Positions 24,223-33,938 of a stretch of DNA of 64,000 nucleotides are shown here, one piece after another. The notes under the pieces were generated by a model. The model was given only the letters and a program-made list of their open reading frames with translations. It was not told the origin of the DNA and did no database searches. This DNA comes from Takakia lepidozioides (Eukaryota; Plantae; Bryophyta). Made by a program: the position numbers and the translations under genes. Location: positions 10,664,001 to 10,728,000 of the forward strand of contig CM060734.1 in NCBI GenBank assembly GCA_030704615.1, in the 5' to 3' direction. Every line of letters starts with the position of its first letter. Position 1 is the stretch's first letter.

Positions 24223-26450
24223 GCGTCTCTGGACCGTTCAGGGACGACGTGTCTTGCATGCAGATGCTCCACGCCACCCCGCCGCTTCTCCACGAAGCTG
24301 GCATCTTGGCGCAGTAGGGGCGGGGGAGAGGCAAGTGTACTCCCTCTTTCTCGCACCACTTTTTTCCTCCCTAGCTGCAATCCTGGATCCTGTTGATAGC
24401 GAAACTCCCTCTCGACCTAGAAGAAGGCGCCGCCAAACTCTGTACTTCACATCTAACAAACAAAGGCTACGGGCGAAGGAGAGAATGAAAAAGATCCGAA
24501 GGGAACTCATGTTGGGGGAGGACATCGGGGAGGGAGAGGCCGGAGGAGAAGGAGATGCAGAGGCCGGAGAGGGAGAGGCCGGAGGAGCAGTTGCGCGACA
24601 GTTTCTAGAGGGTTTACCCGCAGTGGAGAAGGAGCCTAGTGAGCTACAATCTTATGAGGGCGGAGAGGAGGAACCCTGGACCCGCCTCCAACAACAGTCT
24701 CAGGTAGTCCGCATAATGGAAGAGACACCAGAGGATGAAGTGCGTGGTTTTGTCACCCACCAGCCCAATCTTCTGGGACCTGTCCTCCCACACGAATTGA
24801 AGGAGACAAGTCAGACGGGAGGTGCATCTTTGAGCACTGCGAAGAAGCAAGCCGAGGTATGTTTGACGTTCCATTTGCCTTTGTTTCTCAACAACAGAAC
24901 AGATTCAGTCTGTATGATAGATCCCAATCAACCTTGCGTCAACGCAAGGTTGATTCAGGTGACAGACACAGACATCCGAAACGAACTCTGCCCTTTGAAT
25001 GATTGATTTCGGCCCAAATTGAGTGTCACGGTTCTCCTTTCTTTTGACGTTAGAATCTCACAGAACAACCTTGCGTTAACGCAAGGTTGTTTTGAGAGTC
25101 TTGCCAATGTCTGTTTTTGCCTTCACTTCCACCGTTGCAAGCCCTACATACAACCTTGCGTCAACGCAAGGTTGATTTGGGCTGCAGTCCTATGTCATTC
25201 TGAAGGGTTTTTTTGAACGGTTGAAGCTCACCAAACAACCTTGCGTTGACGCAAGGTAGTTTGAGAGTCCTGCCAATGTCTTTTTTTTGCCTTCACTCCC
25301 ACAGTTGCAAGCTCCACAAACAACCTTACGTCAACACAAGATTGATTTGGGCTGCAGACCACTGTCCTTTTGATGTACTTTTTTTGAACGGTTGAAGCTC
25401 ATCAAACAACCTTGCGTTGACGTAAGGTAGTTTGAGAGTCCTGCCAATGTCTCTTTTTGCCTTCACTCCCACAGTTGCAAGCCCCACAAACAACCTTGCG
25501 TCAACGCAAGGTTGATTTGGGCTGCAGTCCAGTGTCCTTTTGATGTACTTTTTTTGAACGGTTGAAGCTCATCAAACAACCATGCGTTGACGCAAGGTAG
25601 TTTGAGAGTCCTGCCAATGTTTCTTTTTGCCTTCACTCCCACAGTTGCCAGCCTCACAAACAACCTTGCGTCAACGCAAGGTTGATTTGGGCTGCAGTCC
25701 AGTGTCCTTTTGATCTATTTTTTTTGAACGGTTGAAGCTCATCAAACAACCTTGCGTTGACGCAAGGTAGTTTGAGAGTCCTGCCAATGTCTCTTTTTGC
25801 CTACACTCCCTCGCAAGCCCCATAAACAACCTTGCGTCAACGCAAGGTTGATTTGGGCTGCAGTCCAATGTCGTTTTCATCTACTTTTTCAACGTTTGAA
25901 GGTCACCAAACAACTTTGCGTTGACGCAAAGTAGTCTGGGAGTCCTGTCAAAGTCTGTATTTGCCTCCATTCCCACCGTTGCAAGCCCCACAAACAACCT
26001 TGCGTCAACGCAAGGTTGATTTGGGCTGCAATCCAGTGTCATTTTGATTTGTCGCAAGGCTGTTTTGGGCCATGCCACTGCATGTTTTGTTGTCATTGTG
26101 TTTAATACCAGACTTCGGGACTGATAGATCTTCCGGTTTTTTGCAGAGGAAAAGGAAAAGGAAAGAACCTGTCAGAGACGGAGCAGAGGCAGAGTATGAA
26201 GATGATGAAGAAGGCGATGACGAACATTACGCAGACAGAGCAGAGGCTGTTATCGGGGGACAGAAGGTGAACTCTTCGAAGGTAATCCTGTCAATGGAAA
26301 TTCCTGGTAGAGATCTCCTTATCCCACTGTGTAAAATGATATCGATGCCCGCTGTCTAGCTAGCACTCAGAAACGACATAAGGAAACTCAAGAATGATTT
26401 TGTGCATGGGTATGTGAAGGGTTATGCGGTGTTCTATGTCGCGCACCTCA
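24203..26450 (+). pseudogene. Spliced, truncated gene remnant: basic/acidic N-terminus plus start of a ParB-like domain
   Basis: GT-AG intron 24857-26146 joins ...KKQAE|RKRKRKE... in frame. Exon 2 reads IPLCKMISMPAV*LALRNDIRKLKNDFVHGYVKGYAVFYV, resembling ParB/Srx N-terminal motif spacing; in-frame stop at 26357. Confidence 0.45.
24929..26040. repeat. Intronic minisatellite (~170-bp unit) carrying 13 copies of a 24-bp palindrome CAACCTTGCGT-NN-ACGCAAGGTTG
   Basis: Palindromes at ~24929, 25066, 25151, 25236, 25321, 25407, 25491, 25577, 25661, 25747, 25827, 25911, 25995; two alternating spacer types. Confidence 0.95.
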
Positions 26451-27495
26451 CTTCGGTAAGCTCCCCCTTCAAGTCATAGTTACTCGCTTTGATGCGCGCA
26501 CCTAACTCCCTAACTGGCCGCCGGGCCAACTCGGAGCTTCGGCTGCTCACCGGGACATAATTGGTGCCTGCAAATCGTTGATCTGCAGTATCCGCCTGCA
26601 TGGAACATCCCCAAAAGCCGCATGGCCTTCCTGTATCATTAGAGGTGTTGCTTGTGGGCCTACGAGGATTGCATCGGGTGTACGTACATGCCTGAGAGGA
26701 TTCCATCGCAAACAGTCTATGGGGACATTCTCATAAGCTACGAGGATGAGTCCTATGGACATAGAGTCTCCACAGCAAAGATCTACATTTACGATGGTGC
26801 ATATATCAGAGGACATGACACCGTTGTCCACTACACCAAAGGGACGGGCTGCATCCATTGTCTTCACCTACTGACACCCTGTCAGTCATGAGCTTGTTGA
26901 GAGGCCAATCGAGGTTCCAGCTTCTTGGTGAGAACAGTGCAACACGGGAGCAAATTCCCAACTTACCTGAGCATGGATTGCATGCATACTTTTGGCTTCC
27001 CTTGGTTTGTGAGGGCATGCATACTTGTCACAGTTCATTATTAATAAAAATGTCTCATTTGAACCAAAGTTCCACTTTTTGTGCAATGTTGCATTTTGTT
27101 GAATGTTGACTTTTGGCTGCGAGGGTCTAGCACTCAATCTTGCAATCAGACCCACTGGAATGCCACCTCTGTCAATTCCCTCTGTCCATGGGGAAGGTGC
27201 TTGCACGCTTGCCCCCCCACGCTACTCGTCAGACGCGACAATTATTGGTTTGCGTAGCGCACCTGCACAGGACTGCAGCCTTCTGACTGCATACCGTTGG
27301 CAATTATTGCGCAAAGGCCAGGGGCCGCATGTGGGCATGCATTTTTACAAAATGATCGGCAATAATGCAGGTGACATATGGATGCAAACACTGACATCGT
27401 TTTCAAACCCTTCACAAGATTACTTTTCACTTTGTACATTGTTAATAATAAACGAACAACCAACTTCCATAGATACAGGGGTAGAGAGAATAGCG

Positions 27496-28110
27496 TTGGT
27501 ATTTACCAGTAAATTTTGGAGGGTACTTTGGAAGAAAATGGGGACGAGGCTCAAAATGAGCACCAACTTATGACAGAAAGGGTGAACTCCGTGGTGAAGC
27601 AGATCTTATGGAATTACGTGTCGGCAGACCAATCGGACTGGGTGGAGCACTTGGATGCGGCGGAGTTTTGTTATAATAACACAAAACACTTCGCAACGGG
27701 AGTTTCCCCCTTCGTATTGGTCTATGGAAAAGCACCTTTGGTGCCGTTGTGTTGGGCCGCCCAGGACGTTGAGGAACCGGCAGTAGCGGCAGTGCTAGAA
27801 GAACACGAGCGTTTGTTGAAGTTCGCAAAGTACAACATTGCCAAAGCTAGGAAACGGTATGAACGGCAGACGAATCGGAAGCGGAGGGAGGTTAAGTTTG
27901 AGGTAGGCACGGAGGTCTGGTTGAACATCAAGAATTTTTGACTACCTCCGGAAGTAAGTCCGAAGTTCGTACCTCCGTATGTGGGACCCTTTCGCATCCG
28001 GAAGGTTATGAATGAGGATGTGTATGAATTGGAGCTGCCGGCAAACAGCAAGGTACATCCGGTATTCCACGTCTCCCTTTTGAAGCCTTACTTCAAAGAT
28101 GAAGCGCGTC
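27496..28110 (+). mobile_element. Gypsy integrase fragment (core C-half plus GPF/GPY region)
   Basis: FTSKFW...GTRLKMST; TERVNSVVKQIL; AEFCYNN; YVGPFRI...[21 protein letters not shown]. Confidence 0.85.
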
Positions 28111-28949
28111 CGAATCGGCATCAAGTCAGCCGAACTAGCTAGTGGAGAGTAGAGTCAAGTGGGAGTTTGGTTCTTAGCCATGGGACGCCATGGTGCGGAA
28201 ACAAACTCCTTGAGGTGGGACGCCACAACTTGGATGTTTGTTTCTACAAAATAGACAAGTCGATGAGGACATCGACTCCCTGTTGGTAGGGGTGTGTGTC
28301 GCGGCCCTTTGCCTTGAGAGCAGGGGGTCGGGACACGAGAGGGGCTGCCCCTGTGGTGGGGGCAGTGGCGACAATAGATGTGGGGGCTGAAGCACCCTTG
28401 AGTTCCCAAGGCACTCAAGGAGGTAGAGGCGCTCACTAGGTGGAGCCCCGCACACCGGATCGCGGTGGGGGTGGTTCCACGAGGGGTGGTGTTAGCTTAG
28501 TGGGACTTAGTGGGGGTGGTATAGGACTCACCATGGGGACGGAGACCTTGTGGTGGGAGTCGTGGGGAGTCTTGGGACTCATCACGGTCCAATGGGACCG
28601 TGGTAGGTGGGCCAAGACTCACCGCGACTCATCACTGGGAATCGAGGGTTTTCGTGGTGGTTCGCCATAAAATGGCATGGTTGTTTGTGAAACCCCCGTG
28701 GACAGTCACAGAAGTATATATAGGGAGTAGTAACCCCGAGAACGGTGCAAGCCCGTTGGTGACCAAAAACTAGTGAGTAAGCGTGCGAGCTGGAAAGCGA
28801 CCAAGGTGTGGGGAGCTATTCCGGACTGCCATCGACCAAAGGGAATTTCCGCCAGGCCCAAATTGGGAGAGGGTCTTGTGGAGGAGTAAAGGGGGACCGG
28901 GGAAGAACTTGTTGGGGGATGTGGTCAAGTCATTAGGCCCAGGGTTGTA

Positions 28950-29866
28950 TGAGTGTAACTCTGATTCCAATTGTCTTGAGTGGTTATATGGTAAAGAAGA
29001 AACCGTGAATATGGTTCATGTGGAAAGAAATACCATTACAGGTATGGAACTACCATCTTCAGGAAGAGGGGTTTTGGTAGAGCTGTTCACGATAACCTTT
29101 GACAAAGTTGGCCAAGAGGATAGCATGTCCCCTCAGGAAGAAAACCATGAGATTTTTTATCTCAAACTCATCGATGAAGACGAATTAGTACAGGACGTGT
29201 TGAGACATAGTGCTCTGTCCATTCCCTACCTACAACGAACGAATACTCCTGCATTGGCAGATCAAATCACAAAGTCAGAATTCACTTCTGAACCGAAGAC
29301 CCAGATGATAGACATGTCCGTAGGAAATGAACCTCCAAGAATGATAAAGCTAGAACCTCAGCTGACCGCAACAGATGTTTTCTTCATCTTGATGGTATTC
29401 ACAATGTTCCTGTCAGGCATGGCACTGATGCCTCAAAAATTTGCCATTTGTTTCACACTTGGCTGCATCTTCATCATAGGAGCCTTCTTGGCACTAAAAA
29501 GGGCCCAAAACTCAATTTCTACACATGAGTTCCAAAGAGAAATGGCCGTTTATGGTAGGATTTCTTGGGAGCATGGCAGCCACAATCTATGTGTCCATGG
29601 TTCTCCATCAATTTTCTATAATTTTTGTAGTCATTCCTTTCCGCTTTGATAAGAGGAGAAAGAAACGTACTTTCAAGGAAGGAGATTTGGTAATGGTGTT
29701 TGACAACAGGAATGAAAACTTCAAAGCAAAATTCGACTCTTTGTGGATGGGTCCATATGTGGTACATGAAGTCTTCGACAATGGTTCTTTGTAGCTGGAG
29801 ACCTTGAGGGGGGAGTGGTTTCCAAACAGAGTAAATGGAATACGTTGCAAGCATTATAATGTGTGA
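28950..29866 (+). mobile_element. Deleted Gypsy pol remnant (PR-RT linker, then integrase tail) enclosing a host gene fragment
   Basis: TQMIDMSVGNEPPRMIKLEPQL parallels the pre-RT linker at ~21160; tail FKEGDLVMVFD...WMGPYVVHEVFDNGS*LETLRG..VNG.R.KHY. Confidence 0.65.
29370..29610 (+). pseudogene. SFT2: Captured fragment of SFT2 (Got1/Sft2 vesicle-transport protein)
   Basis: VFFILMVFTMFL..MALMPQKFAICFTLGCIFIIGAFLALK, then a 1-nt shift to GPKTQFLHMSSKEKWPFMVGFLGSMAATIYVSMVLH; matches the plant SFT2 transmembrane region. Confidence 0.85.
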
Positions 29867-30023
29867 CCAGTTCCAGAGTAAGCATAGGTATGTCTTGCCC
29901 TAATCTTTTCTAGTCAAGAGTGGAGCTTGAATGGAAGCAGGGCAGTGGAATTGCACTCATGGCCGGATCTGGACGAAATACAGACGAAGATGGAGTATGT
30001 TACCAGTCAGCATCAACTCAAAT

Positions 30024-30395
30024 CCCATCCTGGGGATGATCTCTGGCAACCACGTGGGGCCCTCACCCTCCGATTGGACTTCATCCGAGCGCCCTCGGAT
30101 GGAAATTCGGCGCCGTTTTTCCATCCGGGGGATGATCTCTGGCAGCCGCGTGTCGGCCTCTCCCCTCGAGATGACTTCATCCCAGCCCCTCGGATGGAAA
30201 TTTGGCGCCATTTTTCCATCCGGGGGATGAACTCTGGCAGCCACATGTCGGCCTCTCCCCCTGAGACAACTTCATCCCAGCCCCCTCGGATGGAAATTCG
30301 GCGCCGAATTTCCATCCGTGTGGGCTTACATGGAGTCGTCTCGGGGGGAGAGGCCGACATGTGGCTGCCAGAGATCATCCCCCGATCCGGGGATG
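30024..30395. repeat. ~100-bp tandem repeat x3 plus an inverted partial copy, with a palindromic core
   Basis: Perfect 32-bp palindrome CGGATGGAAATTCGGCGCCGAATTTCCATCCG at 30287-30318; imperfect copies in earlier units; 30330-30385 is the reverse complement of the unit. Confidence 0.85.
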
Positions 30396-30399
30396 GACT

Positions 30400-31740
30400 T
30401 GGATGAGCGTGTTGGCGCCATCTCCTACCGTGGAGGTCTTTCGCGGGATCACTCTGTTGATTTGCACTTCAGGTTCTTCTTCAGTACGAAGATCTTCCTC
30501 ACTCAAATCTTCCGACTCCTCATCTGATCCTATTGCACCGAATTCATCTTCATCAGTTAAGACCTTGGGTACAGATGAGAGGAATGACACTGTCACACTA
30601 TTGGGTTTGACCCCATAAGTGATGGTTCCCTTAGCCCAGTATGTACATGCTTGAGCCTGAACCAACCATGGTCTACCCAACAGTAATGCATACGAGTATC
30701 CATCTGACGGAAATTCAATGACTTGGAAGTCCATTGTGTATGCAGAACCCCCCGATTGCATCTGAAGATTGGAAATTTGACCCACTGGCCTGATTCTTCG
30801 CTGATCTGCCAATCGGATAATCAATGGGGATTTAATAGTAATGTGTAAGCCTAGTTTCTCCATTGTGGAGAGGGGCATGATGTTCACTGAGCTTCCACCA
30901 TCTACCAAGCAATGTTGAATAAAACAGTCTACAATCTCCACTTCAATCTCTATTGGTTCCAAGATTGAGGCAATGGCAATCTGCAGTCAAGAGTGCTCTC
31001 CTGGAAAGTGGTGTGAGCCCGGACAACGGAAATATAGATGCAACCACTGCCTCCACCCATGCAAATGAAGAATTCACGAGGCCTTCATTCCAACCAACAT
31101 TCTGGACATAGTCTCTACTGGCACGGCTGTAAAAGCCTGCATTGATCGCAAATCCACCACCAAGCACACGAGCGCGTCTGTTAAGCACTCCATCCTCCGA
31201 TTGGAAGTTTTGCACTGGCGAGTCGTCGGCTTCTCCAAGGTTGACAATCAAGCTGCCAAAATTAGTGATGTTCTCGATGTCAAGGTTACCATATGGTATC
31301 CCTCCTCGTTCCAGAAGCAGCACAGAAAAATTCTGAGACAGGGTCGTTGCAAGCGGACAACCTGCTGTGCCTCCACCGACAACGATATAATCGTATGCAC
31401 TTGAAAAAATGGCGTTCTTGCATTGACATGATGCGATACTGGGAAATTCTCTCGTCTTTTCCTAACCAATGAAGCCTTTAGGGCTTGTTCGACTATAGGG
31501 GCAAGAGCAACAAGCTGAGCTACTGAAATGTTGGCGTGCACTTGGTGCAGGTCATGCATCAAGTTATAGGGCTCAAGCTCATCGGTAAATCTCATGGTGG
31601 TAGACTTCCTTTTCAGAATTTGAGGATGTTTCGCTGTAGTGTTAGCTATTTTGACTACTGACACTTTCGGTGGCATCACTAGTGACGGCAACGGAGTGGA
31701 CACCTTACCTGGAGAGTCACTCCCTTCAAATACCATAGAT
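30400..31740 (-). mobile_element. Gypsy gag-tail/aspartic protease remnant interrupted by a host fragment
   Basis: YNLMHDL....ANISVAQLVALAP (gag tail); CLVDGGSSVNIM...LLGRPWL (protease). Confidence 0.8.
30959..31410 (-). pseudogene. Captured fragment of a HOTHEAD/mandelonitrile-lyase-like GMC oxidoreductase, with its last ~72 bp inverted
   Basis: Minus strand: YDYIVVGGGTAGCPLATTLSQNFSVLLLERGG...RARVLGGG.AINAGFYSRA...WVEAVVA. Plus strand 30959-31030: PRLRQWQSAVKSALLESGVSPDNG, the expected continuation. Confidence 0.9.
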
Positions 31741-31774
31741 TTTCCCTTCCTGATACTGGCTTCATTCTCATTGT

Positions 31775-32739
31775 GAAATCATTACCATAACAGGTTGTAA
31801 TCAGATTTACATGCCATGCAATCATCCATAGGAAACACAAAGAATCTGAATTGCTCATCCCATCAGGCTTGCAGGTTACTTTGGTATTATTTATCCTAAA
31901 GCAACTTGAATACAATGCCTGAATCATTCTGTTCACATCTACCAATGTCTTACCATTTTGGAAAATAGGTAAACATTCAAGGGCATATAACCAAGGACCA
32001 GATTTGGCCACAAAAGATCCATCCATATCAGTTTGGCATGGTATCAAATGTCCTAAAGTAACCAGCTTCTAAAAGAGGCTAAGTTTCCAATGCTTGTACA
32101 TTCAAGAACACTGTCTGGTCATGAAAACAGGTCTGCCCTACATTGTAGCATGTTACCATATCTCTTTAAAGCCATCAGCTTGTCATATCATTGCTCCATT
32201 GTCACATCAGTATGCCATAGGGAACAAGAGATAGTCGCCGTAATGATTGATTGTCCACCATACTAGGTCAAACATAGGAGCCATCAAGATCACAGGAAAG
32301 AGGAAGAAAGGATTGTTCTCCCCCAAAGATACAGATGGCGTCGCTTCTTCAACTCGATTCCAATCAACTTCAAGCTTTAAAATCCATGTTAAGTGAGGAC
32401 CCTCACCTGGTCCCATCACATGCAATCAGAAACAGTTAAGTTAGAGACGATGTGGAACCCCAGGTGAATCGCAGGTCTCACGCTTGTTATCGCTGTACAA
32501 CATGCAATACAAAGTAGGGGCAGAAAGGAAACAGAGCATATGCAAGCCAATACCTTGATGGCTTGTGGAAGAGAGGCCTGCGCCATAGCTCTCAAGACCA
32601 GCAAACAAGAATGCACAACAAAATGTACAAAGCATGCACAAAGAAAGTGAATCGCCCAAACTTAAAGAGTTCAGACACTTCCCCGAGGCCTTAAGATCGC
32701 CGCTTGTATCTTAATGATCAATGAAGGTCACAACAAGCA
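31775..32739 (-). repeat. 965-bp inverted duplication, left copy (partner 44417-45381)
   Basis: Reverse-complement match at both ends; mirror-image ORF translations differ at only a few residues. Confidence 0.95.
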
Positions 32740-33458
32740 TGTATGCATAGCTTCACCCTAACTATGTAATGTGACAAGAGGGGGAGGCAATAATTGGCTA
32801 TTCATGCTCTTGGTAGTGTGAGCTTTGTGGTGGATAGTTGACCAAGCAAGTGGTGCATGTGTGGAGCATGCTCGCTTGAGTTTGTAAGTTCAAGTTTGAG
32901 AAGGGGAGCTCTTGAACTAGCAAGAGGTGAAGGCCTTTGAGATCCATTTGTGTGTGAAGTGGAGAGGTGTTGATTCATGTTATGATGAAGGAGAGCAACA
33001 CATAGGCCAAGAGGTCATGAAACATGCATTCAAATGACCACGGGAAGCACATGGATGATGGATTGGTGCAAGACCCCAAATGAGGCATATGGCGTGAGAG
33101 TGGGATCCAAGGCGGATTGCTTGGGAGCATTATTGTAAGTGACAAGCATTGCTCCACATTGAGATAATTTGTGTTGATTTGGAGCAATTGTCAAGTGATG
33201 AGGAGACAAATGCATGATTGCTCGGCAATGGAGATATGGTAGTTTGCAATCAAATCCCAAGGACTAGAAGGGGGATTGATTTGGTGGACAATGACTTGCA
33301 AGTTGAGTTGGACCACTCTTGGTTGCACATTGGGGTGGAAGAGAGCAAGAAGATGCCTCTTATGACCACCTAGAGACCATATTTTTGCTTGAGTAGAAGC
33401 ATAGAAGTCAAGGACTTGCATTCTAGCTCTTCATTACAAACCCTAGTAGTGTATGATC

Positions 33459-33938
33459 AGACTATACCTCTGTTAGTATACCAAACAGGAGCTTGTCCCT
33501 TTGACTATACCTCTGTTGAGGTATCACCATATGTGAACCCTAATGTGAGACTATACCTCTGTTAGTATACCAAACAGGAGCTTGTCCCTTTGACTATACC
33601 TCTGTTGAGGTATCACCATATGTGAACCCTAATGTGAGACTATACCTCTGTTAGTATACCAAACAGGAGCTTGTCCATTTTACTATACCTCTATTGAGGT
33701 ATCACCATATGTGAACCCTAATCAGCTCAGACTATACCTCTGTTAGTATACCAAACAGGAGCTTGTCCCTTTTACTATACCTCTGTTGAGGTATCACCAT
33801 ATGTGGACCCTAATCAGCTCAGACTATACCTCTATTAGTATACCAAACAGAACCCTCATTTTCAGACTATACCTCCGTAAAGGTATCATCAACATAAGGG
33901 ACCCTAGCAACCTCAGACTATACCTCTGTTAAGGTATC
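33459..33938. repeat. ~90-bp tandem repeat (~5 copies), each with two GACTATACCTCTGTT cores
   Basis: Unit starts at ~33459, 33548, 33637, 33729, 33821; small hairpin ATACCTC-TGTT-GAGGTAT. Confidence 0.95.

Noticed and set aside
24929-26040. CRISPR array
   Set aside because: Spacers are not unique (two alternating types), there are no cas genes, and the context is a eukaryotic intron.
28165-28265. Thioredoxin-like fragment (GTPWCG...DVCFYKID)
   Set aside because: Too short and lacks the second Cys; cannot be supported without a search.
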